From Gammaproteobacteria bacterium (GTDB taxonomy: Bacteria > Pseudomonadota > Gammaproteobacteria > Natronospirales > REEB76), in assembly GCA_050739175.1 (NCBI GenBank), contig JBOIAZ010000038.1:1-49606 (forward strand): a DNA stretch of 49,606 nucleotides, in the 5' to 3' direction. Made by a program: the position numbers and the translations under genes. The notes under the pieces are model-generated. The model made no database searches. It was not told where the DNA came from and saw only the letters and a program-made list of their open reading frames with translations. Below, piece after piece: positions 1 to 8,984 of the stretch; the stretch's first letter is position 1, and every line of letters begins with the position of its first letter.

Positions 1-305
1 ATGAACACCATGTCGCTGCCGCGCAGCACCTCTTCCAGGCGGTCGCGGTCCTCGAGCGCGGCTTGTTTGCCGGTTTCCGGATTGGAACCGGCGCCCAGCC
101 CGCGGGTGAGATTGCTGCCGATCTGCAGGGTAGTGCGGGCGTTGATCTTCTTCAACACCTGCGCGTCGGTATTGATGGCGACGAAATCCACGCCCTCGAT
201 GCCGCTCGCCACCATGTGCTGCACCGCGTTGCCGCCGCCTCCGCCCACGCCCACTACCTTGATGACAGCGCTCTGCTTCACGTCCTCTTCAATTGTCCAG
301 TTCAT
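1..305 (-). CDS. ftsZ: Cell division GTPase FtsZ, N-terminal 101 codons (gene runs off the left edge)
   Basis: My own reverse-complement translation from ATG 305-303 gives MNWTIEEDVKQSAVIKVVGVGGGGGNAVQHMVASGIEGVDFVAINTDAQVL...GLGAGSNPETG, which carries the tubulin/FtsZ GGGGGN and GLGAG signatures. GGAGAG SD about 8 nt upstream. Not in the ORF track because it is open at the edge. The plus-strand ORFs 1..354 and 63..332 are antisense artefacts. Confidence 0.9.
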   Translation of the reverse strand, partial: MNWTIEEDVKQSAVIKVVGVGGGGGNAVQHMVASGIEGVDFVAINTDAQVLKKINARTTLQIGSNLTRGLGAGSNPETGKQAALEDRDRLEEVLRGSDMVF

Positions 306-338
306 GTCCCGCTCTCCTCTGCTGGTTGCTGAATTCGA

Positions 339-1580
339 TCAAAATGAACCCTGAAACCACTGCTTCATGCGTTGCCATACATCCTTGACATTCACGTTGC
401 CCGCCAGGCGCCGCGCACTGCCGTCGCGTGGCAGGCTTTGCGCGCCGAACAACAACAAACCCACACCGGTTGCGTGGATCGGATTGCGCACCACGTCCGC
501 CAGTCCGGTGACGTACTGCGGCACGCCCAGGCGCACCGGTGAGTGAAATACTTCTTCGGCGAGTTCCACCGCGCCTTCCATCTTGGCGCTGCCGCCGGTG
601 AGCACCACGCCCGCGGGCACCGCGTCCTCGAAGCCGCTGCGCCGCAGCTCCGCCTGCACCAGGCTGAAGAGTTCCTCGTAACGCGGCTCGACCACTTCCG
701 CGAGCGTCTGGCGCGCCAGGCGCCGCGCGGGTCGCTCGCCGACACTCGGCACCTCGATGGTTTCGTCGGCGCTCGCCAGTTGCGGCAGCGCGCAGGCGTA
801 CTTGATCTTGATGTCCTCCGCGTGATGCGTGGGTGTGCGCAGCGCCACAGCGATGTCGTTGGTCACCTGGTCGCCGGCAATCGGGATCACCGCGGTGTGA
901 CGGATGGCCCCTTCGGTGAACACCGCGATGTCAGTGGTGCCGCCGCCGATGTCCACCAGGCACACGCCCAGGTCCTTCTCATCCTCATTGAGCACGGCGT
1001 GACTGGAGGCCAGTTGCTCGAGAATGACGTCGTCCACCTTCAGGCCGCAGCGTTCCACGCAGCGCACGATGTTTTGCGCCGCGCTGAGTGCGCCGGTAAC
1101 GATGTGCACGTGCACTTCGAGACGCACCCCGGACATGCCCACGGGCTCGCGGATGCCGTCCTGGCCGTCAATCACGAAGTCCTGCGGCAGGACATGCAGA
1201 ATTTTCTGGTCCGCCGGCACGCTCACCGCACGCGCCGCGTCGATCACGCGCTCCACGTCGCCCGCGGTCACCTCCTTGTCGCGGATGGCCACCACCCCGT
1301 GCGAGTTCAGGCTGCGCACGTGGCCGCCGGCGATGCCGGTATACACCGAGTGGATCTGGCAACCGGCCATCAATTCGGCCTCGGCCACCGCCCGCTGGAT
1401 GGATTGCACGGTGGACTCGATGTTGACCACCACCCCGCGTTTCAGGCCGCGCGAGGGATGCGAACCGATGCCGACGATATCGATTGCGCCATCGGCGAGA
1501 ATCTCGCCGACGATGGCCACCACCTTGGAGGTGCCCACGTCGAGTCCCACGATGAGCTGCTTGTCGGATTTTCTAACCAT
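339..1580 (-). CDS. ftsA: Cell division protein FtsA (actin-like ATPase)
   Basis: ORF 339..1661. Start chosen at the internal ATG 1580 ([20 protein letters not shown]...), which overlaps the ftsQ stop by 8 nt. DVGT...DIGGGTTD actin-fold phosphate motifs. Position between ftsQ and ftsZ. Confidence 0.93.
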   Translation of the reverse strand: MVRKSDKQLIVGLDVGTSKVVAIVGEILADGAIDIVGIGSHPSRGLKRGVVVNIESTVQSIQRAVAEAELMAGCQIHSVYTGIAGGHVRSLNSHGVVAIRDKEVTAGDVERVIDAARAVSVPADQKILHVLPQDFVIDGQDGIREPVGMSGVRLEVHVHIVTGALSAAQNIVRCVERCGLKVDDVILEQLASSHAVLNEDEKDLGVCLVDIGGGTTDIAVFTEGAIRHTAVIPIAGDQVTNDIAVALRTPTHHAEDIKIKYACALPQLASADETIEVPSVGERPARRLARQTLAEVVEPRYEELFSLVQAELRRSGFEDAVPAGVVLTGGSAKMEGAVELAEEVFHSPVRLGVPQYVTGLADVVRNPIHATGVGLLLFGAQSLPRDGSARRLAGNVNVKDVWQRMKQWFQGSF

Positions 1581-2484
1581 TGGGTTTGACCTCGGTAACC
1601 GGGGCGCATGGTTGTGAGCCGTCCGTGATGCGCTGGCCGGCTGCGCCGCTACGCTCCGCATCCTGCTGCGTTAGTGGTCCGGGGCTGCCATCCATGGCGG
1701 CATCTCCAGCTCGGTTTCCCGGCCTCGTGTTCGCCGTGGCGAGGGTGCCACCGGCACGCCCGCAATACCCCACGGCGAACCCATTCGTGTAACGCATGTC
1801 CACGTAGGCCACGCTTGCCAATTGACTCGCCAGCGTCGGCAAGCTCACGCTCACAAACCGCTCGAGCCGCAACTCGGCATTTTCACGACCGAGGCGCACC
1901 TCCAGGCCATTGCCAAGCTGCAGGCTGGCATCGCCGCGTGCATCCACGGTGAGTTGCCGCAAGACGAGCGCGTGTGGCGCGAGCAACGCGGCGAAGGTGT
2001 AGTACTCGGCAAGCAAATCCGCTTCGCTGCCCTGCGGGCCATTCAGCACCGGTAACTGCACCCAGGCGCTATCATCGGAATGCACGAACACGCGGCCCCC
2101 CGCATCCATCAAGCCGTTGCCATTCCAGCGCACCACCGGCTGTTCTTCGGTGACTTCCACGTACAGCGTGTGCGGCCAACTGCGCCGCACCGCGGCGCTC
2201 GCCACCCACGGCAGCGCCGCAACGGCATTGCGCACCGCATCCACATGCGTGGTGAAGAATCCGCTGCCCAGCGCCGAGCGCACCGCGCCCTGCACCGCCT
2301 GCGGCGGCACATGCGCGAGCCTGCCGGTGATTACCAACTGCGTGAGTGCGGGTCCGGCCAGCAGCGGCGGTGTGTAATGCACGGCGGATGCGATTCCAGC
2401 GGCCAGCAGCAAACCCAGCAGGCTGCCGCCGATTACCTGTGCGCGCGTGACGTGCAGGCCGATGCGGGAAATGCGCGTATTCAC
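1573..2484 (-). CDS. ftsQ: Cell division protein FtsQ (POTRA domain, single N-terminal TM), with a low-complexity C-terminal tail
   Basis: 303-aa ORF with an N-terminal TM ([18 protein letters not shown]) followed by a POTRA-like region ([14 protein letters not shown]...[28 protein letters not shown]). 4-nt overlap with the murC stop. Located upstream of ftsA. Confidence 0.88.
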   Translation of the reverse strand: MNTRISRIGLHVTRAQVIGGSLLGLLLAAGIASAVHYTPPLLAGPALTQLVITGRLAHVPPQAVQGAVRSALGSGFFTTHVDAVRNAVAALPWVASAAVRRSWPHTLYVEVTEEQPVVRWNGNGLMDAGGRVFVHSDDSAWVQLPVLNGPQGSEADLLAEYYTFAALLAPHALVLRQLTVDARGDASLQLGNGLEVRLGRENAELRLERFVSVSLPTLASQLASVAYVDMRYTNGFAVGYCGRAGGTLATANTRPGNRAGDAAMDGSPGPLTQQDAERSGAAGQRITDGSQPCAPVTEVKPNG

Positions 2485-3920
2485 GAGTGCGCCTCCCTGT
2501 CGGGCGCGGCAGGCGCGGGCGCGGCAGCCAGATGCTGCGGCAATTCGGCCGCCATCGCGCCGATGTCGCCGGCACCCAAGGTGAGCAGCAGATCGCCGTC
2601 GTGCAGCACGCCGGCGAGCGCCTGCGGCAAATCCTGGGTGTGCAGCACGAACACCGGATCCACGCGCCCACGGTTGCGGATGGAACGCGCCAGCGCACGC
2701 GCATCCGCGCCGGCGATCGGTGCTTCGCCCGCGGCGTACACCTCAAGCAACACCAGGGCATCCACCTGCGACAGCACTTCGGCGAAGTCCTCGAACAGGT
2801 CGCGCGTGCGGCTGTAGCGGTGCGGCTGGAATGCGACCACCAGCCGCCGTCCCGGCCAGCCTTCACGTGCGGCCTGAATCGTGACCGCGAGTTCGCGCGG
2901 ATGGTGGCCGTAGTCATCCACCAGCAATACCTGGCCGGCAGCGGTGGCGATTTCGCCGTGAATCTGGAAGCGTCGGCCCACGCCCTGAAAACCGGCGAGC
3001 GCTTTGAGCACCGCGTCGTCGTTCACGCCCAGGTCCTGCGCCACCACCATGGCGGCCAGGGCATTCAACACGTTGTGGCGGCCGGCCAGATTGAGCGTCA
3101 CCTCCAGCGGCGTGCGCTGGCCGGGCCGCCATGCCTTGAAATGCGTCTGGCGACCGTCGCGGTGAATGTCGCCGGCGCGGAAATCCGCGTTGTCGGCGGT
3201 GCCGTAGGTAAGCATCGGCCGCGCCACCTGCGGCAGCACCTCGCGCACTTCCGCATCGTCCAGACACAGCACCGCGAGACCGTAAAACGGCAGGTGGTGC
3301 AGAAACTCCACGAAGGTGGCGCGCAGCCGGCTGAAATCGCCCTGATAGGTGCCGAGATGGTCGGCATCGATATTGGTGACCACGGCAATCAGCGGCTGCA
3401 AATGCAGGAATGAGGCGTCACTTTCGTCGGCCTCGGCCACCAGATAACGCCCGCTGCCGAGGTGCGCGTTGCTGCCGACGCTGATCAGCCGGCCGCCAAT
3501 CACGAAGGTGGGATCCAGCCCGCCCTCGGAGAGCACGCTCGCCACCAGGCTGGTGGTGGTGGTCTTGCCGTGGGTGCCGGCCACGGCGATGCCGAAGCGG
3601 AAGCGCATGAGTTCGGCAAGCATCTCCGCGCGCTGCACCACCGGTGTGCGCCGCGCATGCGCTGCCGCCACTTCCACGTTGTCTTCGTGCACCGCACTCG
3701 AAACCACCACGACATCCGCGTCGCCGAGATTCTCGGCGCGGTGGCCCAACAGCACGCGCGCACCCAGACCGGCGAGACGCCGGGTGACGGCGTTGGTGCG
3801 CAGATCCGAGCCGCTCACCTGATAGCCGAGATTCAGCAGCACTTCGGCGATGCCGCCCATGCCGGCGCCGCCGATGCCAACCAGATGGATGCGGTGGATG
3901 CGACGCATGAGTTCGTTCAC
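2481..3920 (-). CDS. murC: UDP-N-acetylmuramate--L-alanine ligase MurC
   Basis: 479 aa. [19 protein letters not shown]-terminus, [10 protein letters not shown]-loop, Mur ligase middle and C-terminal domains. ATGA overlap with the murG stop. Confidence 0.95.
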   Translation of the reverse strand: MNELMRRIHRIHLVGIGGAGMGGIAEVLLNLGYQVSGSDLRTNAVTRRLAGLGARVLLGHRAENLGDADVVVVSSAVHEDNVEVAAAHARRTPVVQRAEMLAELMRFRFGIAVAGTHGKTTTTSLVASVLSEGGLDPTFVIGGRLISVGSNAHLGSGRYLVAEADESDASFLHLQPLIAVVTNIDADHLGTYQGDFSRLRATFVEFLHHLPFYGLAVLCLDDAEVREVLPQVARPMLTYGTADNADFRAGDIHRDGRQTHFKAWRPGQRTPLEVTLNLAGRHNVLNALAAMVVAQDLGVNDDAVLKALAGFQGVGRRFQIHGEIATAAGQVLLVDDYGHHPRELAVTIQAAREGWPGRRLVVAFQPHRYSRTRDLFEDFAEVLSQVDALVLLEVYAAGEAPIAGADARALARSIRNRGRVDPVFVLHTQDLPQALAGVLHDGDLLLTLGAGDIGAMAAELPQHLAAAPAPAAPDREAHS

Positions 3921-4993
3921 GCTGCGCCTCCCACCTGCAGGCAGGCTTCGGCCACCTTGAGCGCGGCGTGCGGTTTGGCGAGCGCGCGAGCGCGCTGCGC
4001 CATGGCCAGCAACATCTGCCGATCCTTCGCTACGCGTTGCAGCACGACTTGCAGACTCGCGGCGGAGAGCACCGCTTGCGGCAGCAGTTCGGCTGCAGCG
4101 GCGCGCACCAGGAATTGCGCGTTGCGCGTCTGGTGGTCATCCACCGCTGCCGCGAAGGGCACCAGCACCGCGCCCAGCCCGGCCGCGGTGAGTTCCGCGA
4201 TCGTGAGCGCACCGGCGCGGCACACGGCGAGATCCGCCCAGGCATAGGCCCCGGCCATGTCCTCGATGAACGCCGTGACGCGCGCCTGGATCCCGTGCTC
4301 GCGGTACACGGCAGCCACTGCCTCCTCATTCCGCGCACCGGTCTGATGCCAGACTTCCGGACGCGGCAGCGCTTGCCATTGTGCAATCGCCGCCGGCACG
4401 GTTTGATTCAGGACCTGCGCGCCCTGGCTGCCGCCGATCACCAGCACGCGCAACGCACCGCCGCGGCCGGCAAAGCGCGCCTGCGGCGGGGGCAAGGCGG
4501 CAATCGCGCTGCGCACCGGGTTGCCGATGAATTCGGCACGGCGTGCGGCGCGGAAGCTGCCGGGAAAACCTTCGAGCACGCGCCGCGCCAAATGGCTGAG
4601 TACGCGGTTGGTAATGCCCGGCATGGTGTTCTGCTCGTGCAGCACCAGGGGACAGCCGCTCAGGCGCGCCGCCAGACCACCCGGCCCGCTCGCAAATCCG
4701 CCCATGCCGAGCGCCACCGCCGGCCGCAGCCGCCGGAAAATCCGCCGCGCCTGCTGCAGCGCGCGTGCCACGCGCCACGGCGACATCAACAGGGTCCCCC
4801 AACCCTTGCCGCGCAGACCGCCGACGTCAATCCATTCCATGGCAAAACCGGCCGCGGGCACCACGCGCGCTTCCAGTCCCGCGCGCGTGCCGATCCAGCT
4901 GACTTCATGGCCACGGGCACGCAGCACGTCCGCTACCGCGAGAGCAGGGAACACGTGACCGCCAGTTCCGCCGGCCATAATCACTATTTTCAT
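3917..4993 (-). CDS. murG: Lipid II-forming N-acetylglucosaminyl transferase MurG
   Basis: 358 aa. [21 protein letters not shown] glycine-rich N-terminus typical of MurG. Position between ftsW and murC. Confidence 0.95.
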   Translation of the reverse strand: MKIVIMAGGTGGHVFPALAVADVLRARGHEVSWIGTRAGLEARVVPAAGFAMEWIDVGGLRGKGWGTLLMSPWRVARALQQARRIFRRLRPAVALGMGGFASGPGGLAARLSGCPLVLHEQNTMPGITNRVLSHLARRVLEGFPGSFRAARRAEFIGNPVRSAIAALPPPQARFAGRGGALRVLVIGGSQGAQVLNQTVPAAIAQWQALPRPEVWHQTGARNEEAVAAVYREHGIQARVTAFIEDMAGAYAWADLAVCRAGALTIAELTAAGLGAVLVPFAAAVDDHQTRNAQFLVRAAAAELLPQAVLSAASLQVVLQRVAKDRQMLLAMAQRARALAKPHAALKVAEACLQVGGAA

Positions 4994-5190
4994 GTCTCCG
5001 TCACTTCTTCAACCCTCCCTGGTGCGCCGACCAGCCTGCCCGTCCTTGGGCAGGCGCTCGGCGGGATCGGACAGCCACCGGCTGTCCGATAAATACACCC
5101 GCCTCGCCCACGGGCACGCAGCACGTCCGCTACCGCGAGAGCAGGGAAAACGTGACCACCTGTGCCTCCAGCCATGATTACAACCTTCAT
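4990..5190 (-). pseudogene. Relay ORF B: 66 codons whose first 28 codons are a second copy of the murG N-terminus. It then reads through REP-like element E1.
   Basis: 5107-5236 duplicates 4910-5035 (murG codons 1-28, the GGAGAC SD and about 45 nt upstream). Translation is [28 protein letters not shown] followed by unrelated sequence. Its TGA (4992-4990) overlaps the real murG ATG (4993-4991) as ATGA. Confidence 0.75.
5035..5103. repeat. REP-like structured element E1 (two hairpins plus an outer stem)
   Basis: Hairpin 1 is CCTGCCC-gtcctt-GGGCAGG (5035-5054). Outer stem is GGCGGG/CCCGCC (5060-5065 / 5098-5103). It encloses an 11-bp inner hairpin ATCGGACAGCC-acc-GGCTGTCCGAT. A homologous copy lies at 32636-32705. 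Confidence 0.8.
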
Positions 5191-5390
5191 GTCTCCAACT
5201 CTGCCCATAGAACCTTCCCTGGTGCGCGGACCAGCTCGGCATCCCTGCCGCGCGCTCGCCGGGAAATTCGTCCACTGGACGAATTTCTTGATCCGGCTCG
5301 CCCTCCAGCCATGATTACAACCTTCATGTCTCCAACTCTGCCCACAAGACCTTGCGTGGTGCGCGCATCGGCCGGTCTGCTGCGCGGCAT
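5187..5390 (-). pseudogene. Relay ORF C: 67 codons starting 1 nt after the ftsW stop. It contains a third copy of the murG start (MKVVIMAGG at 5327) and reads through REP-like element E2.
   Basis: 5301-5372 repeats the SD+ATG+9 codons and upstream leader of copy B. The ORF's TGA (5189-5187) overlaps the ATG of ORF B (5190-5188). Confidence 0.7.
5251..5297. repeat. REP-like element E2 (same leader and outer-stem architecture as E1/E3, different inner hairpin)
   Basis: CGCGCTCGCCGGG leader resembling GGCGCTCGGCGGG of E1. Outer stem GCCGG/CCGGC (5258-5262 / 5293-5297). 10-bp inner hairpin GAAATTCGTC-cactg-GACGAATTTC (5263-5287). Confidence 0.6.
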
Positions 5391-5391
5391 T

Positions 5392-6555
5392 TCATGCGGT
5401 CACGCCGCGTTCCAGCCAATTGCGACTGGAGCGCGTTTCCAGGTTCACCCGTAGAATCAAACCGACGGCGGCGCAGATCACGATCAGGCTGCTGCCGCCA
5501 TAACTCATGAGCGGCAGCGTCAGGCCCTTGGTGGGCAGCGCGCCCATGTTCACCCCCATGTTGATGAACGCCTGCAGTCCGATCCACAGGCCCAGACCGA
5601 AGGCGAGCTGCGCACCAAACAGCTGACCGGCGCGCGCCGCCCGGCGTGCGATCACCACCGCACGCCAGGTGAGGATGAAATACAGCGCAATCACCGCCAC
5701 ACAGCCCAACAAACCGAGTTCCTCGGCCAGCACCGCGAACAGGAAATCAGTGTGCGCTTCCGGCAGATAGAACAGCTTCTGTACGCTCTCGCCCAGGCCC
5801 ACGCCGAAAAACCCGCCGCGCCCGATGGCAATCAGCGAATTGGTGAGCTGAAAGCCGCTGTCGAACGGATGGCTCCAGGGATGCAGAAAGCCGGTGAGAC
5901 GTTCCAGCCGGTACGGCGAAGCCACGGCCAGCACCACGAAACCCAGCACGCCGAGCGCGGCCAGGCCGGTGAAATCGCGCAGGCGCGCGCCGCCGAAGAA
6001 CAGCATGGCCATGGCCGTGGCGATCAACACCATGGCGGCGCCGAAATCCGGCTCCATCAGCAGCAGCAGCGCCGCCAGGCCCACCACCAGCATGGGCTTG
6101 AGCGAGCCGCTGAAGCGCTGCGCGAGTTCCGCCTGCCGGCGCACCACGTAGCCGGCTATATATATGAGTATCAGCAGACGCGCCGGCTCCGACACCTGCA
6201 GGCGCAAAGGACCCAGGTCCACCCAGCGGATACTGCCGTTGACATAGCGACCGATGCCCGGGATCAGCACCGCTGCGAGCATCGCCAGCGCCAGCATCAA
6301 CAGCGGGAAGTTCCCGCGCTGCCACCAGCTTAGCGGCACGTGGTAAATCACGCCTGCCACGCTCAGGCCCACTACGGCATAGACAAATTGGCGTTCAAAG
6401 AAATAGAAGGGATTGCCCGTGGTCTTGTCCGCCAGCGTGATCGAAGCCGAGGCCACCATCACCAGCCCCAGGCCGAGAATCAAAGCCGCGCTTACCCACA
6501 GCACCCGATCGGGTGCGAGCGTGTGGCGGCCGGCGATGGGGCGTGCCTCAGTCAT
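5392..6555 (-). CDS. ftsW: Peptidoglycan glycosyltransferase / lipid II flippase-family protein FtsW (SEDS)
   Basis: ORF 5392..6612. Start chosen at ATG 6555 (MTEARPIAG...), giving an 8-nt overlap with the murD stop. Polytopic membrane protein with SEDS-like GLGESVQKLFYLPEAHTDFLFAV and GALPTKGLTLPLMSYGGSS motifs. Confidence 0.9.
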   Translation of the reverse strand: MTEARPIAGRHTLAPDRVLWVSAALILGLGLVMVASASITLADKTTGNPFYFFERQFVYAVVGLSVAGVIYHVPLSWWQRGNFPLLMLALAMLAAVLIPGIGRYVNGSIRWVDLGPLRLQVSEPARLLILIYIAGYVVRRQAELAQRFSGSLKPMLVVGLAALLLLMEPDFGAAMVLIATAMAMLFFGGARLRDFTGLAALGVLGFVVLAVASPYRLERLTGFLHPWSHPFDSGFQLTNSLIAIGRGGFFGVGLGESVQKLFYLPEAHTDFLFAVLAEELGLLGCVAVIALYFILTWRAVVIARRAARAGQLFGAQLAFGLGLWIGLQAFINMGVNMGALPTKGLTLPLMSYGGSSLIVICAAVGLILRVNLETRSSRNWLERGVTA

Positions 6556-7891
6556 CGCCCAGCCTCCCCACCGCCTGGGCAAACACGCGGCCGCGGTGCT
6601 CGAAATTGTCAAACATGTCGAGACTCGAACACGCCGGCGACAGCAGCACCCAATCGCCGGCTTGCGCGCGCGCGGCGGCTTGCGTCACGGCAGCCTCCAT
6701 GTTCTTGACACGCACGCTCGGCACACGCCCGGCAAGCGCGGTTTCGATTGCCGCCGCATCCTTGCCGAGCAGCACCACCGCCCGCGCCTTGCCGACCAGC
6801 GCCTGCGCCAGCGGCGCAAAGTCCTGCTGCTTGCCGTCGCCGCCTGCGATCAGCACCAGCGGCTGGCTGACGCCGGCCACCGCGGCCAACGTCGCGCCCA
6901 CGTTGGTGCCCTTGGAATCGTCGTAGTACTCGACGCCGCGCCGCGTGCCGAGGTACTGCATGCGATGCGGCAGGCCGGAGAACTCCCTGAGCGCCGCCAG
7001 TATCGCCGGGCGCGGCAAGCCGGCGGCTTCGCCGAGCGCAAGTGCCGCGAGCGCGTTGGCGACATTGTGTGCGCCGCGGATGCGCAGCTCGATAACGGCC
7101 AGCAGCCTTTCCGCACCGCGCGCCAGCCAACTGGTGCCGCCGTGCTTGAGCACTCCATAGTTCGCGTCCCGCGCTGCGTCCAGACCAAAGCTGATTTGTT
7201 TTTGTCCCGCCGGCAGCATGCGACACACCTGCGCGTCCTCGCGGTTGATGACCGCAGTGCCGCAGTGGCGGAAGATGCGCGCCTTGGCGGCGGCGTAGTC
7301 CGCGACGCTCGCGTAGCGGTCCATGTGATCCGGCGATACGTTGAGCACCGTGGCCGCCGCGCAGCGCAGTGAATCGGTGACTTCCAGCTGGAAACTGGAA
7401 AGCTCCAGTACATACAGCGCGGGTTCGGTGGCGCCGATCAGGTCCAGTGCGGGCGTACCCAGATTGCCTCCGACGCGCGCCTCGATCCCGGCGCGCTCCG
7501 CCATCAGGCCCACGAGCGTGGTCACGGTGCTCTTGCCGTTGGAGCCGGTGATGCCCACCACCGGCGCCCGCACCGTGCGCGCAAACAACTCGATGTCCCC
7601 GAACACCGGCAGGCCGCGGGCGCGTGCGGCCTCGAGAAACGGCACGTGGGCCGCCACCCCCGGCGACACCAGCACCTGTTCGGCTCCGGCCAGCGCCTGT
7701 TCGGAATATCCGCCCACGAACACCGCCGCCTGCGGCACCAGTTCGCGCAGTTGCGCCAGCGCCGGAGGCCGCGCCCGGCTGTCGGTCACCGCCACTTCCG
7801 CGCCGCGCGCCGCCAAGAAGCGTACGCAGGACAGCCCGGTCCTGCCGAGCCCCACGACCAAGGTTTTGTTATGCGCGGGCGGCGTGTGCAT
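6548..7891 (-). CDS. murD: UDP-N-acetylmuramoylalanine--D-glutamate ligase MurD
   Basis: 447 aa. VVGLGRTGLS Rossmann N-terminus, GITGSNGKSTV P-loop. Position between mraY and ftsW. Confidence 0.95.
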   Translation of the reverse strand: MHTPPAHNKTLVVGLGRTGLSCVRFLAARGAEVAVTDSRARPPALAQLRELVPQAAVFVGGYSEQALAGAEQVLVSPGVAAHVPFLEAARARGLPVFGDIELFARTVRAPVVGITGSNGKSTVTTLVGLMAERAGIEARVGGNLGTPALDLIGATEPALYVLELSSFQLEVTDSLRCAAATVLNVSPDHMDRYASVADYAAAKARIFRHCGTAVINREDAQVCRMLPAGQKQISFGLDAARDANYGVLKHGGTSWLARGAERLLAVIELRIRGAHNVANALAALALGEAAGLPRPAILAALREFSGLPHRMQYLGTRRGVEYYDDSKGTNVGATLAAVAGVSQPLVLIAGGDGKQQDFAPLAQALVGKARAVVLLGKDAAAIETALAGRVPSVRVKNMEAAVTQAAARAQAGDWVLLSPACSSLDMFDNFEHRGRVFAQAVGRLGDD

Positions 7892-7901
7892 GCGCGGCTC
7901 C

Positions 7902-8984
7902 CTAACGCACCTTGAGGGTGGACAGACCGATGAGCACCAGGATCACGGTCAGCACCCAGAAGCGCACGATCACGCGCGGCTCCGGCCAGCCTTTGAGCTC
8001 GAAGTGATGGTGCAGCGGCGCCATGCGGAAGATGCGCTTGCCGGTAAGCTTGAAGGAGCCGACCTGGAGGATCACCGAAGCGGTCTCCATGACAAATACC
8101 CCGCCCATGATGAACAGCACGATTTCCTGACGCACGATCACGCCCAGCGTGCCGAGCGCCGCGCCCAGCGCGAGCGCCCCCACGTCGCCCATGAACACCT
8201 GCGCGGGATAGGCGTTGAACCACAGAAATCCGAGGCCCGCACCCACGAGGGCGCCGCAGTACACCACCACCTCGCCGGCACCCGGCAGAAATGGAATCGT
8301 GAGGTAATGTGCGAACACGAAATTGCCGGCTGCATAGCCGAAGATGCCGAGCGCGCCGGCCACCAGTACCGCCGGCATGATGGCCAGACCGTCGAGCCCG
8401 TCAGTGAGATTCACCGCATTGCTCATGCCGACGATCACGAACCAGGTTATGAGGATGAAAAATCCGCCAAAGCTCACCGACACGTGCTTGAGCAGTGGCA
8501 CGATATAGGCGATCTCGGCCACATTGCGGTGGCCGAGATACAAGGCCACGGCGGCCGCCAGGCCCAGCAGCGACTGCAGCAGGAATTTGTGCGCCGGCTT
8601 CAGGCCGCGCGTGTCGCGCAGCACCAGTTTCTTGTAGTCATCGGCAAAGCCGATCAGACCAAAACCCACGCTCACGCCGATCAGGATCCACACGTAGCGA
8701 TCGTGCAGATCCGACCACAACAGCGTGGTGATGATGATGGTCACGAGGATCAGCGTCCCGCCCATGGTGGGCGTGCCGGCTTTCGTGAGATGCGATTGCG
8801 GCCCGTCGTCGCGCACCTGCTGGCCGATCTGGCGCAGGCTCAGGCTGCGGATCATGGCCGGACCGGTGACAAACGACAGCACCAGCGCGGTGAGCACGCC
8901 GAGGATGGCGCGAAAGGTGAGATAGGAAAAGACATTGAATACCGAGTGATAGCGCGTCAGGTATTCAGTGAGCATCAGCAGCAT
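7902..8984 (-). CDS. mraY: Phospho-N-acetylmuramoyl-pentapeptide transferase MraY
   Basis: ORF 7902..9305, but the first 107 codons are an Arg-rich read-through inside murF. Start taken at ATG 8984 ([29 protein letters not shown]), giving about 360 aa as in characterised Mra[14 protein letters not shown] motif. Confidence 0.93.
   Translation of the reverse strand: MLLMLTEYLTRYHSVFNVFSYLTFRAILGVLTALVLSFVTGPAMIRSLSLRQIGQQVRDDGPQSHLTKAGTPTMGGTLILVTIIITTLLWSDLHDRYVWILIGVSVGFGLIGFADDYKKLVLRDTRGLKPAHKFLLQSLLGLAAAVALYLGHRNVAEIAYIVPLLKHVSVSFGGFFILITWFVIVGMSNAVNLTDGLDGLAIMPAVLVAGALGIFGYAAGNFVFAHYLTIPFLPGAGEVVVYCGALVGAGLGFLWFNAYPAQVFMGDVGALALGAALGTLGVIVRQEIVLFIMGGVFVMETASVILQVGSFKLTGKRIFRMAPLHHHFELKGWPEPRVIVRFWVLTVILVLIGLSTLKVR

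Noticed and set aside
1-354. Plus-strand ORFs 1..354 and 63..332 at the left edge.
   Set aside because: They are antisense to an unmistakable FtsZ N-terminus on the minus strand.
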